Source of the DNA: Intoshia linei
Lineage: Eukaryota > Animalia > Orthonectida
Reading direction: 5' to 3'
DNA length: 64,000 nt
NCBI GenBank assembly: GCA_001642005.1
Contig: LWCA01000045.1
Span: 1 to 64,000, forward strand
The translations under genes were made by a program, and so were the position numbers. Of this stretch, positions 42,801 to 56,335 are shown one piece after another. The notes beneath the pieces were generated by a model. That model was not told where the DNA came from. It saw only the letters and a program-made list of their open reading frames with translations, and did not search any database. Each line of letters opens with the position of its first letter. Positions within the stretch are counted from its first letter, which is position 1.

Positions 42801-43827
42801 CTTCCATATTTATTTCAAACCGTGAACTGGAATGACACTCTGGACATTTATCTGGTTTAATTTCTTTGTCATAATGCTGAGCAAAGGGGCCAATAACATA
42901 TCTACACAATAAACACGTATACCTAACCATTGCCAGTTGTGGCAATATTCCAGTGCACGACGATACTACGCCGCTCGTCCGAACCAATTGATTTAAATGT
43001 AAATGCCTCAATGATCTTAAATCTTCAATTAAAGGTAGTTCAGATATCCTGACATTAATATCAGGCGTAATTTCAACGTATCGCGGATAAATATTAAAAA
43101 TCACTTCTTGAGCAGACTCGTTAAAAATTTTTAACATTTGAGTTGGGGCTTCAGGTAAAAAGTACGCCAAGACTTGTTCTTGGCTAGCTAAATAAGTATA
43201 ATCAACTACCAAACTTTTTGAATTAGTTTCAACCATCTTACGAATAATTTCTCTGTAAAAATAATTACCATTTTCACTTTTATAGGTTCGTAGAAAATTT
43301 TTAAATCTATTAAAAATTTCAGTTCGAGGACCAATCATTGAAACCCAATCACTTACTGAATGACCTTTTAAATCTTCTAAATTGTCAATACTTTCAATTT
43401 GTTTGTCAGCTATAATATTGCCTTGTTTGTCGTCAATTTCATCGTATAATATATTTTTTCGAGTATTTCGATTTGATACTATATCTGTTGCTCGATCTCG
43501 ATAATTTAACTCTTTTTCAGCTGAAACTCGCTCAGATATTGACATGTTTGATAGTTCTTCGTCGTCTATTCCTTCTTCACCGTAAGTATCCAGTTCTGGT
43601 ATTTGTCGGTAGTCTTTTTCCATGTTGTCTCCAAATAATTCTATCCCACCTTCTTCTTCGTCCTCGTATTTCGAATCGTCCAAAAATGCTGACCCGTCAA
43701 ATACTGGCGACGCTAGTTGTTCTATAGTTTCATCGTCCGTATCAGCCGTTTCGTGTAATAATGAGTATATGTCGTCTTCGTTGTCCTAAATTATTATTTA
43801 GGTACATTTTTAGTCTATTACGCTCAT
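39867..43827 (-). CDS. MCM2: DNA replication licensing factor MCM2; exons 43827-43822, 43785-41308, 39977-39867
   Basis: [11 protein letters not shown] histone-binding motif, Zn finger, [30 protein letters not shown] and SRFD. The terminal exon VRQFNI...IIQQI* matches the MCM2 C-terminus. Confidence 0.97.
40920..41160 (+). repeat. Dispersed repeat, also at ~3135-3425
   Basis: Shared TAGGGTGT(T/C)ACATTTT...TTTGATGGGCAA...CTATTCGAGTTGC...GTTGAA(C/G)CCCGTTT. Confidence 0.7.
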
Positions 43828-44321
43828 TTTTTGATTGTCGGAATTTTATTATAAATTTAAATTTATCCTAATTTACCGCTTGAATAAAGTTGTTTGCAAA
43901 AATTTAATTTAGCTAAATTTTGATTAGTTAAGTTAAATGCAATGAAGTTTGAATTGAATCGAATTATATATTTCTTTTTAAAAAATCTTTTCAAAAGATT
44001 GCAATGTACAAATTGCAAATTACAAATTACAAATTACAAATGCCAGTTAAAATAATTAATAATTGTAGATGAAGTGATCGAAAAGTGGAAAGGTGTATAA
44101 ACTTTTAGAATCTACATTTGTAGATTCAAAAAATACAATTTATATTACTCAATTTAAGCGTAAATCAATTACTAAATTTATCTCAGATCGAAATGGCAGC
44201 GCAGCACCTGTTAATTAATGTTGTTTGGCTTAAATCTTGGAATGGACATCTAATTATATTAATAATAATAATTAGATAATTATCCATTTATATTTTACTT
44301 GTATTATATATAGTCAATTAT

Positions 44322-45162
44322 ATTTACTTATATAATATGCTACGCAATATTTATTTCCCGTTTATTTCAATAACTACCAGTCTTAGAATTATATAAAGTC
44401 CACATTTCAATTAAAGTTTTTCAAACTCACATCTTACGGGTCAAAAAGGCCAATTGTCCTATTTTTGTTGAAATCACAAACGAGTTGGAGAATTTAAAAA
44501 ACATACACTGATATGGATTTTAAAATCATAAATATAAAATTAAAAAAATATATCTCCAGGTCTAAGACCACATATTACCATTTTTTTTAATGAAAACAGC
44601 CCTAGAATTAAAAAAAATTACAGGTGGTACAGTTGTATCCTGTTAACACACACCAAAAATTTCAATCTGAATAAGTGACGCTTTCACGGACTTCAAAAAA
44701 GCATTTTAGTTTTCATACATTTTTTTTCCGAAATATTTTATTAAAATAAATTGACCAGAAATATAACTATTGATACATAATTAATATTTTTAAGTATTTA
44801 TTAAATGGGTACTGAATATATATCATCACATTGAAAATGACAAAATAGGTTTTTATAATTTTATTTTTTTTGAAATTTATGCTATTTATGACAATTTTTA
44901 GAATTGGACTGTTTTTACTTTATTTTTAAATGTTAACAAACAAAAAATTAATATAGAATAATTCACTTTAAAGTAAAAAGTCATGTGTTATGACGGTTCC
45001 ACCTGAAACAAGTTTGGGAACCACTCCTTAAAGGATTGATAATAGTGAATAGTAAGATTTTTAAGTTAGATTTTCAACTTGAATTTATTTTTTAAGTAAA
45101 ATAAAAATGTGCCCTCGGCAGAGCTAGGTCTTGTTTGTACGTAGTACATAACAGTCACCTAG
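44322..45162 (+). mobile_element. Internally deleted Helitron copy
   Basis: TACTTATATAATATGCTACGC start; GTACGTAGTAC hairpin and CTAG|T end. Confidence 0.82.
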
Positions 45163-45194
45163 TTTATTTATAAACATAAAAGTATATTTAATGT

Positions 45195-48100
45195 TTAATT
45201 GGTAATATTTTGTCGACGTTTTAGCCATTCGTTTTCTTGGAGTAAAGCTTTGTTTTGTTTTTGTAAATACAACAATTTGTCTTCTAAAGATCTAATATAA
45301 ATTTTTTTTTTCAGTCTACACACTTTAGCAGCTTCCCTAAATTAAAAATACAATTTTATCTAAAAATTAACTAGCATAACGTACATTAAAATGACATACA
45401 GTCAGACCTCTCAATGTCGCCATTTTGGTATTTCGATATTTATGGCGGTATTGACAGTTTTGATTTATTGAGAGTATAATGTAGCGAATATATCATAAAT
45501 AAGATTACTATGTATTAATAAGCAGTCATATCGAAAAATAATAAAAACATAGTGGCGGTACTGAGATGCCTGATTGTATATTATACATCGTATAATGCAA
45601 TGGTTTTCAACTAGGGGTCGCGAAATTTATCAGGGGGTCGTGAGAATTTGAAAATTTATGAATATATTTATTTATTTTTTTTATTTTAATATAATATTAA
45701 AAGTAATAATGTTACGTAAATATTTTTACATTCTGTATCACAATTTCAAATGTTCTTCTTCACTCAATATATAAACTATTCCGATAAAATACAGGATGAA
45801 GTAATAGATTTAATAAATGAATCCACTGCACGTAATATTTTCTATGAAAAACCACCAAGTATTTTTTGGTGTGATATGATTGATTTATATCCAAATGTAT
45901 TTACGATTGCTTTGAGATTGATATTATCTTTTCCATCAACTTATCTATGTGAAGCAGGATTTTCTACGCTTGTTCATATAAAAATAAAGTCAATAAACAA
46001 ATTGAATGTTAAGAATAATATGAGGCTCGCCTTATCGCATACACTGTTCAGGATATCAATAATTGCAGCTAAAATGCAACCTCAAATTTCACAAAAATAA
46101 ATAAATAAATTTCGTTATAATACATTGTACTGAACACAGTATAAAATATAAATAAAACTGAGTATCATTTTTTTAATATTTTTATTTATGTGAATTCATA
46201 TAATATTTGGAGTATATAGAAAATTTTTGGGTCGCGAACACAAAAAGGTTGAAAACCACTGGTATAATGCATATTATACATACATATGCACCATGTACAT
46301 TGTACATATGGGTAATTTTTGTTCACTTGCGACTGTTAACGTTATATTTTAAAAAGTGCTAGCACTAACAGGTAATAATTGTAATAAAGGATAAATTATA
46401 AAAAAATTAATAATATAACTACGGTAACTAAAAATTGCTAGCTGAAATATCTAAAAATGGCTTTAAATTTAAATTAGAAAAAACCTTTGAACATAAATAC
46501 TGTGGTTTGTACGATTTATCAATATCATTTATTTTAGTATCGTTTAATATGAATCGATTTCGTTTTTTATTTAGTAAATGCACAAAATCAAAAATACCAT
46601 CCATATGCAAAATGAATTTTTCTAATAAAAAAAAGTAAACACCCTAATATACATATTAAATTATTTTAAAATGTTAAATTAATAAATAGATTTAACTTCA
46701 TTCAAGTTTAAAAAATATAGCTGTCAAATGATTTTTATTCAAGAATTTTCAGGCACCACCAAAAACCGGTTTGTAACCCCCTGGGTGCCCGCACCCCCGG
46801 TTAAGAATCCATGGATTAAATTGACAAACCTATTTTTAAATTTACGTAATTCTACTCTTGATATAAATTTTGGAGTGTCTTTGTTTTTGGTTGATTCTAT
46901 ATTGCATTTTTCAGAATTGGCTTCTAAATAATCATGTTCCATTTTATTGTATAAATAAAAGTTTCAAATTTTTTTATTAAAAGTTAGATAAGTGTATTAG
47001 CTATTAAATTACGTAATGTTTATATTGAACTGTGTACATTTTATATATAAAGTTACTTATATTTACATACAAAAAAAATACAAATAATTATCGATTTTCA
47101 TAATTTTGCATATCTAGGACAGTGATGACAAAAATATGACACGCGTATAAGTAGTGACATGTACATGGATTCTGGCTGATACGCTTGACATGCCAGAAAG
47201 CTTATTTGAAATTTTTAATATGTTGTGGAAAAATTAACTCAAAAGTGTGTAATAATAAAAATTTTCTATAAATTTTCTATTAGAAAAGTATACATACAGT
47301 GTACTTAAATTATTTATCATTTAAATGAGACACGCGACTAAAAAAGAAAACAGCAACAAAAAATTTTTGACACTCCAACTAAAAATTCTTGCCATCACTG
47401 ATCACGATCTGAAATATTTTTTAATATAGGATCAGGAAAACTTTTATTTTATAATAAAATAAAATTAAATTAAATGTGAATCGGAGAATAAAATGTGGTG
47501 ATATTCAATTAATACAGTTTATCATAAATGGAAAATCCACAACGATATAGAAATATTCTGTGATGTACAGTGTACAATGTACATTAAGATGTCTCACAAA
47601 AAATGAAAAATTATATTTTTGAACATCCTTAAGTATAATAGTGATCAAGTATAAAAAAATCATATTTCCAAAATATTAATGAATTTCAACCAATATTGAA
47701 AATAGCCGACCATTTAAAGTTTTCTATATACAGTCAAACCTGTTCAATATGAATCCTGTTTAATATGAATACAGCTTAATTTGAACAAACTTAATAAATA
47801 TTGATTTTTTTGTATAAAAAAATTATGAAAAGTGATTTGTTTTATATGAATCTTTTCATTTTGTACACTGAACATGAGTTTATGTAAAATAAAACTATTT
47901 TCATTTCATTTTGAGCGTTATTATATTTTATTGTCACATTTATACTGATTTTATGAAATATATTTATTTTTTTAATATGAACATTAAAAATAAAAATAAC
48001 AAGCGAAAAAAAAAAGATTTATCTCTGAATGACAAAAGAAAATAGTGTAAACAAATCAATATATCAAACAATAGCTTGGGTTGCGAAAGCCTGGATAAGT

Positions 48101-51100
48101 GTCAAAAGTAAAAATATAAGTAATTGCTTTGAAAAATCTTTTGAAAACACAAAGGTTAAATTTTTTACACGCCAAAATGAGTGTTATAAAGATATGTTTT
48201 GCATTGATTATAATCCTATTAATGATGACCTATTACTTTTTTGAGTAATTTTATATTTTAAAAGTCATTTATTTTTAATATAACAGAATTTTTAGAGAGT
48301 AATCAAGATTTCAAAACAGTAGATAATCAGATACGAATCAAATGCGAGAAGAACCAATATTGACAAGTTTTGACGCATACAAACATGCAATGAAATTTGA
48401 AAAATTTTTTCAAAAAAATTTACCAGACAAAATAGAAGACACCTAGCAAATAATTGATCGTATAACTTATGAAAAAAGTAAAAAAAAATTAAAAATGACT
48501 GATTTCATTACGTACAAATAAAGAATTTAGATAATTCAATGTAAGACAAAATGTAATTATATTGTAATTGTATATTAATAAATTATTAACTCCTATTAAA
48601 TTTATATCATAAAATAAATTTCTAACATGTATTTTAAACAACAATTTTCCTCATAGATTATCATAACAACATAACCTTGTTCATATTAGTTTCTAATTTG
48701 AACGGCGTCGAAAACTGGTACACAGCTGTTCATATTGATCAGGTTTGACTGTACTATATATTACAAAATTAAAACTGAACTTTGTTTTAACGGAAATTGG
48801 TGTTTGAGCTTTTAAACGTGGTACCGATTTCATAATATTGTTCTCCATGTTTAGTTATACTGTTTATTTTTTAAAATTTGTTTCTAGCTCAATTTTTTTG
48901 GATTTTATTAACGATTAAAATTTCTCGAATTCTGGCTATTTACATTATTTAAATTGTATTCAAACAAACAAATTTAGTATGTATACAGAAAAATTTAAAT
49001 GGTCAGGCTAACTTCACCGTTAGGAGTTGGCCGAAAATATTTTACAATAGTTATTATTTTAGTAATACTATAATTTTAAGACCTAACGATATTTTTTCTA
49101 AATACCCATGAGACACCTTAGTATACATTGTACAGTGTAGATCATTATACAAATGTATATAAATGTATAATATACATTGTATATGTAAATATGATTATTG
49201 TTTATACTATCGTATGGAAACATTTCAATTAACCGTTTACTGTCCGCACATAGAAATGACACGATTCTAATATAAATTTGAGTAGAATATACGATGAATT
49301 TTGCTAAATAACAATAATAACCTTCGAAAAAAAAAATTAGTTCATTAATACGTGCTAATTACGAGTGTTCCATTAATGGAACATTGGTTACTAAAAACAA
49401 AATTATACTATTTAATATGATAAATCTTACAAAATTTTAAGTGCATATTTTTGTGACATTTTTCACATAATTTGTATGTATTCTTATGACACACTGCACA
49501 TCGCGCCTGTTTCGCTTGACTAATAAAGTAATGATTTAATCTATGATAAAGATTTTATAATTATCAATATTATTATATATTTAAATTTCAAAATCTAATA
49601 TCTTCACGGCCAAAACCACATATTACTCTTCTTTCTTTTTTTTAATAAAAAAGTCCTAGAATTTTATACTCCACACATTGCGCTATAGGTTTTAATATCA
49701 TAAATATTGTAATAAATTGCAAACCCAAAAAAGTTCATTATCACGATCAAAACAACGAGATTACCTTTTTTAAAAAATGAAAAGTCATAGAATTTAAAAA
49801 AAATGCAGTTGATACACTCATATCCAGTTAAAGCACATAAAAAATTTTCAATTTGACAAAGACTAAAAAAATGACGCCTTCACAATTTAAAAAGAGATCT
49901 TTAGTACTCAATTTTTTTAATTTTTAAAAAAATTATCAAATCTATCCATGAACGAACATAAACGGTTTAACCCTTCAATTTAATTTTAATTGATTATTAA
50001 GAATACCATCTTGTGAAACATTAGATTCTTTATCTTGAGTATCTTCGTTTGATTTCTCGTAACTTGGGAATATTGGTACTTCAGGTTTTACTACATTGCA
50101 TTGTATGTGATATATATTAAAAGTACATTGCACATTTGTACAAATTCAATAGACTAATTAATGTGGTATAATTCGCTTGTACCAATAACAGTTTTATAAA
50201 TTAGATTAAATTAAGAATGGAATTATCTAATGTATAGTGTTTCTTAAACAAAGTTCGCGCAATGTTTAGTACTACAATCAAAACTTTTAATGTCAAAGCG
50301 GTTAATTTATAATTGCAATTGTATATGCAATTGGGCGTGCAATTATCACTAATAGCACATGATAAATACGAATAGAAAAGTTGTAAAATTAAATAATACT
50401 AAGATATTAAAATTGCATCATTTTACAAATATATAAATAAATGCAATAATTGCGTTGCAATTTGCAAACTACATTATATATATCAATTATGTTGGTTTGT
50501 TATATTTTTAAATTTGGATGGTATCTATATAAATAATAATGTATCAATTAATCTTAATTCTACATGCTATAAAATCAAAAAATATCACATGTATATTAGA
50601 GTGGTTCATTTTAGTGTTTTTTTTTAATTTTAAAAACTATTTTTGCATACCATCCCCATTTTGAATAAGTAGGAGTATACCACAAAAAAATTTTCAAAAT
50701 TATAAAAATTTGCCATGCCCCGATCAGGGTAAAATGTATTTTTTTCATAATCTGATTTTTTTGTTTTCGAATATATTTTTCTATGATCTTCTATGACAAC
50801 CTGTATCAGGTTATCCTAACTTATATAATATGCTACGCAATTTTTGTTTGTGTGTGTGTTCAACATTATTTAAATAACTACCCGTCTTAGAATTTTTTAA
50901 AGACCACATTTCAATTACAGTTTTTTCCGGGACGTATAATAAGATAAATTTCAATCCTCCAATTTTAGATCTTACGGGTCAAAAAATAAACCCTAGTTGT
51001 CCCTCTTTTTGAAGATCAAATCAAACGAGTTGGAGAATTTAAAAAAATATATACACTGATGCAGATTTTAAAATCATACACATTATCATAAATTTAAATT

Positions 51101-54100
51101 TAACAAATTATATCCTTATGGCCAAAACCCCAAATTACTCTTCTTTTTTTAATGAAAACAGCCCTAGAATTTCAAAAATTTACAGGTGGTACAGTTGTAT
51201 CCTGTTAACACACACAGATTATTTCAATCCGAATCAGTGACGACTTCACGGTCAAAAAAGCATTTTAGTATTCATATATTTTTTTTCCGAAATATTTTAT
51301 TAACAAAAAACAAAAAATGTGAAATAATTAACGGTCCGAAAATTAAAAAAAAGATTAATCTGATAGAGCTTATTCCAGTTGATATAAATACAAAATTTGA
51401 ACCCCAGAAATCTACGCATTCCCGGTGAAAAATAATTTTTAATATATTATCAACCAATATTTTTCAAATATTTCGATTAAAATCAAAAATTGAAAATGTA
51501 AATATTGATCCTACAATTTCAAAAAAAATGGCATTGTACGTCTACGCATTTCCAATAAAGAAAGATGGATGAAAATCTATATAATTCATTCCTTCGGAAT
51601 TGTTTTCATTGCTACGCGATTTTTAAATTTCAAATTTTCATTTTCAAAACATTTTTATTACAACATTTAAATTTAAATAAGAAACTAAACAACGAAACTA
51701 AAAAAACTTTCTTAATATCATTTTTATATTACAATTCGTTGCAATAATGGTAAAATTCGACTGAAATGTTTATAAAGTGAAGATTCAGTTAATTATTGAT
51801 ACACAATTAGTATTTTTAAGTATTTATTAAATTGGTACTGAATATATATCATCACATTGAAAATGACAAAATAGATTTTTATAATTTTATATTTTTGAAA
51901 TTTATGCTATTTATCACAATTTTTAGGATTGGACTGTTTTTACTTTATTTTTAATATTATACACACATTTTGTCTAATAAAATTGGACTGTTTTTACTTT
52001 ATTTTTAATATTATACACACATTCTGTCTAATAAAAGTAAAAAAATGGGATAAAAATTATTTTTAAAATTCTTTACGCAAATGTTAACAAAAAAATTAAG
52101 ATGGAATAGTTCACTTTAAAGTAAAAAGTAATGTGATATGATGATTCCACCTGAAACAAATTTGGGAACCACTCCTTTTAAGGATTGATAATATTTATTG
52201 ATATAATTTTTAAGTTAGATTTTCAACATGAATTTATTCTTTTGGTATAATAAAATTGTGCCCTCGGCAGAGCTAGGTGATGTTTGTACTTAGTAAATAA
52301 CAGTCAAATTAGTAATATATATTTATTTTTAAAACACTAGTTATCCATGATTACGTTATTCTTATACAGTCAAGACTCTATAAAATGAACCCTCTATAAC
52401 GTGAACTTCTCCAATAATGAATAACAAAAAAAATTTTTTATAGTTTACTATAAAAAAAGTAAATGAATCGTGAACATTAAACTACATGAACGATGAACAT
52501 GATTTATCCAAATTAAAGTGAAGTTCTTATTGTTATTCACAATTATTGTATACAAAACGTGCTTTTCGAAAATTTTTTATTTGTGCAACATGAACAAAGA
52601 AAATATTTAACTGCATCTACAAAGAAAGAACTAATTCGTTTGTTTAATGAAGACAAAGGTAGTACACAACGTTTTCTTGCTTCAAAACACAATGTATACA
52701 ATAACCATTGAAAAAAAATAATACATATGAAGAAAATCAAATAATGTCTGAACTTAAAGACCCAGAAATCTTACCTGTTACCCATTATGAAGCTAATTAT
52801 CACACTAAAAAATTAGGAACATTTTTTATGATTTATAACCCAGAAAAATTATCCAGTGTATGGACTTTAATGCAAGAAATAAAGTTTGAAAAATTGGCAA
52901 GATCATTAAAAATAACTGATTACTTTGGTTCTATTAAAGAAAGAAAAAATAAATTGATATAATTATTATAATAATGTTTATTATTTAGTTTTCTTTGTAA
53001 AATGTAAAATTAATAAATAAGTTATATATTTTTTTGTGAATTGTTATATCAACTTTAATTTTACGGTTACTATGTCAATAAATTTTTTGTTCACCATTTC
53101 TATGATCATCAACACTTAAATATTCGAGTTCCAAATGTTCACTTAGTAGAAGGTTGACTGTAATAATAATAAATGTAAAATTATACCGAAAAAATAGTTT
53201 TTTATCCAAAATAGAATTTCTTAACATACATGTATAATCAAATAAAATTAAAGTGGTTTTTAAATGATATTATTGATATAACTACAAGTCAGAATTATTT
53301 CCAATTTTCAGAATGTCCATTCCTCATATACTCTTACATAAAAAAATAAAAGTTCCCCAAAACTTTTTAAAAAGTCTTAAAATTTGGTACCGTTATCAAA
53401 TGTATTCTCTACTTACAATGTAATTTTGTAGACTCTACAAAATTAATTAAAAGATAATGTAAAATATCGTTTTATATAAAATTGTAAGGGATAATTTTGC
53501 ACGCGAAAAAATTTAGTTGAAATAAGGAGACCGTGAAATTTAAATAAGAACCACTGATATATGTATTTATACTAAATTGATATTTCTAGCAATGTAAAAT
53601 TTAATTTTATAAATTTTCAAAAATATCGACCAGCAAAAAAAATTTGAAAAATTAAACATTGATCTAGGAACAAAAAAGAAAAATGTAGTCATAATTTTTG
53701 TTACTTTTATTGTCAATTACGTATAAGGTAAAATTAATATTTCGTATTAAAAAAATTTTTGGATCTCTGCCCATATTTACATACAAACTTAAAATTATTA
53801 AATATAGCTATTAAGAAATATATACATATATATATATATTTCTTTATTGGAGATTGTGAATACTAAATAAATACATGTGAATGTTTATAATAAATTATAA
53901 TAGTTATTCAAATAAGTGGGTAGAGAAAAGCTATTTTTAGATTTTTTTAATATCGCTCAATAAAATAAATGTTAATTATAAGTTACTGAAATTTAAAAAA
54001 ATTTACATTTAATATTTTTTATTTATAAATTTATCTGATTTTTGAAAATATTGAAATATTTTGGTTTGCTTTTTTTATTTGAGATAATCTGGTAAATAAA

Positions 54101-55277
54101 TAAGAAAACATATTTTAAGAATAAAATTTTAGTTAACGGAATTTTTGGTTTGTCAAAATATTGAAATTCCGTTAAATAGGACTTAGACTGTAAAATCACT
54201 AATCGTAATATTTAAATTTAAATTGAATATTAATTAAGGTGCAGCTACAATGTAGCTGCTACATGCGCCTTACTGATACCCATCTGATAACAATAGAATG
54301 TAAAAAATTTAATTTAATACATACACAGAATACATACTTTTATGTAGAACAGAGAATGTAAATTAAAATGATTGCGACGAACGTAGAGCTAATCAATATG
54401 AAAAAAATTAGATATAATGTAAATACATTAATTAATATTTGCATTACATGTATTTAAACATTTTTTAATTTCGAAATAAAATATTCTCATACCTTTATTT
54501 TCAAAATATTCCAATACAGAGATTTTCTGTGAAAGTATTAGTCCTTTTTAAACTGTAATTATTAGGTTTAATCAAAGATTCTCAACCTTTTTAACCATTG
54601 CCACCAGATTAAAAAAATTGAAATCTCATTTTGGGCATTATGAAAATTTACGATATAGTGAAGGTCCCATTTAACAGAATTTTTCCAATTCAGACAGTTT
54701 TTTTTTTAACGTTGACTTTACAATAATAAAAAATTTGGAAGATGATTTGTATTAATTAAAAATGACACTTAACATTAATTAACGGTCAAGTCGATTTTAC
54801 AAAGCTTGTTTGCAAACACTATCCCGTTTAATAAGTACTACAGAATAGTTTAAAAATAGACTTTTCTGTTTTTAATTAAAATTGTATACCTAGCAAGTAA
54901 AAAAATATAAAACTCTAAACACGACAATAAACATAAAATATACCTGACGGTATAGTGGTAAATTTAATTTTTCCATTATTGAATGTATCAAATTTGTTTG
55001 AATCCAAATCCATATTCATCCCATTACCTAATATACAATCCGTTTCAGCAGTAAGATCATTAAGTATTTTTCTAATAAGGTTAAGATAATAAATTACTAA
55101 AATGAACTACAAATACGAAGGTCTACCTATAAAATAATAAATAATTAAAATTGGAAACGTACGATGAATTGGAACATGAAAATTATTGAGTCTATTACTC
55201 TCGATGTCAATATTTAATACGTTATTAGACATGTCAATTATTCGTTCGTTTTGCGCAAAATAATCGATACGAGACAT
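45195..55277 (-). CDS. CREB: CREB/ATF1-family bZIP with KID, ~192 aa; exons 55277-55163, 55126-55111, 55071-54944, 50090-50007, 46923-46830, 45336-45195
   Basis: Spliced KID HRRPSYLKILNDL and bZIP RVELRKFKNR|EAAKVCRLKKKIYIRSLEDKLLYLQKQNKALLQE. All six exons join in frame (579 nt). Exon 50090-50007 is supported by phase only. Confidence 0.88.
45399..45576. mobile_element. pogo-type MITE
   Basis: TA|CAGTCAGACCTCTCAATGTCGCCA...TGGCGGTACTGAGATGCCTGATTG|TA. Confidence 0.7.
45598..46261 (+). mobile_element. Buster hAT deletion derivative retaining the C-terminal dimerisation region
   Basis: TIR CA(A/G)TGGTTTTCAAC, perfect TSD GTATAATG, and ORF 45750-46100 with FW..YP..FPSTYLCEAGFS..MRLALS. Confidence 0.92.
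47731..48751 (+). mobile_element. Tigger/pogo deletion derivative
   Basis: TA|CAGTCAAACCTG...CAGGTTTGACTG|TA, with remnant AWISVKSKNISNCFEK. Confidence 0.88.
50814..52312 (+). mobile_element. Most complete (~1.5 kb) non-autonomous Helitron copy
   Basis: A|TCCTAACTTATATAATATGC 5' end, two 54-bp units at ~51932-52035, and 3' GTGCCCTCGGCAGAGCTAGG...TTAG|T. Confidence 0.85.
52367..53160 (+). mobile_element. Tigger/pogo deletion derivative
   Basis: TA|CAGTCAA...TTGACTG|TA, with HTH-like remnant TQRFLASKHNV and KITDYF C-terminus. Confidence 0.75.
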
Positions 55278-55403
55278 TATTCAAAATTCATATACTTTTG
55301 TTTGTACAGGTGAATTAAATTAAAATGTATAAACAGGATTTTAGCTTATTTAAATCGAACTGGAGATAATTTTATTTAAAACATACATAGTACATAAGTA
55401 ATA

Positions 55404-56335
55404 TTAAAAATGACAACGTATTATCATGGGTTTACCTATAAATAAATGAAAAATAAAAAATGGAAAAAACCATCTAGTCTAACCGCGCCATATTTTTCTA
55501 TTGCTGTTTTGGCGTCTTTTTCATTGACAAAAACAACTGTGCCAATGGAAATATTTGTATCCAATTTCGTTCTTTTTAAAGCTCCAATATTTGAAAATAG
55601 CTCCTAAAAAATTTTTTAACTGAAATAATTAAACTTGCATTTAAATCAGCCAATGAGACCGATGGAGCGAGATTTCCAATTGTAATTTTGAATCCTTCGA
55701 TAGGACTTCTGACATTCTATTAAATTAATTGTTAATTTTTTCAAAATTATAAAGTACAGTCAACGACTCCTGTATCTTATTGGTATCGGATTTCTAAAAA
55801 AAATTGCAAATGCTAAATAATATTACTTGGCTTTGAAAAGAAAATTTAATGGATTTCTAAAAATAAATTCAAAATACGATCAAAAAAATAAACAATATCA
55901 TCATTCGAGTAAGGTTTTGATTTAGTTTTGCGTTTGAGAGGAACATAGTCAAATTCCTATATATAATTAACAATTATTTATATTAAAATAAACATCCATA
56001 ATATTATTCAGCTCTGTTGGATAAGTATTTTTAGAAGTGGGTTGAGCTTCATTCTTTACGTATTGTTTACTGAAATGTTGAGTATATAGCTTTGGAGTAC
56101 TGTTAAATGGTGCATGCAGTTTTGAATTTCGGTTATTATCAGTAGTTGGTGCACTTCTTCTTGTTTTCAGAGACAAAAAACCATTTTCAGTCATTTTTTG
56201 TATTCGAAAATTGGATGTATTCTTTCTGATTAATGATTGTCGATTCAATCCCAAAGTTGTTGCTTTGATTCCACTCGCTTTTCCGTTTCGGCTTGTGTTT
56301 ACTGGCTTTTTTATTCGATCCCGCAAATCAAACAT
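55404..56335 (-). CDS. POLDIP3: Polymerase delta-interacting protein 3 (SKAR), RRM protein, ~7 exons
   Basis: N-terminal DLRDRI. The spliced RRM SPIEGFKITIGNLAPSVSLADLN|ELFSNIGALKR..VVFVNEKDAKTAIEKY..RLDG|KPM matches the SKAR pattern SPLEG..ELF..GALKR..LDGQPM. Confidence 0.8.

Noticed and set aside
51186-51747. Near-identical small ORFs (also 16915, 29836, 34290) suggesting a gene family
   Set aside because: All lie inside Helitron copies and their frames are not conserved
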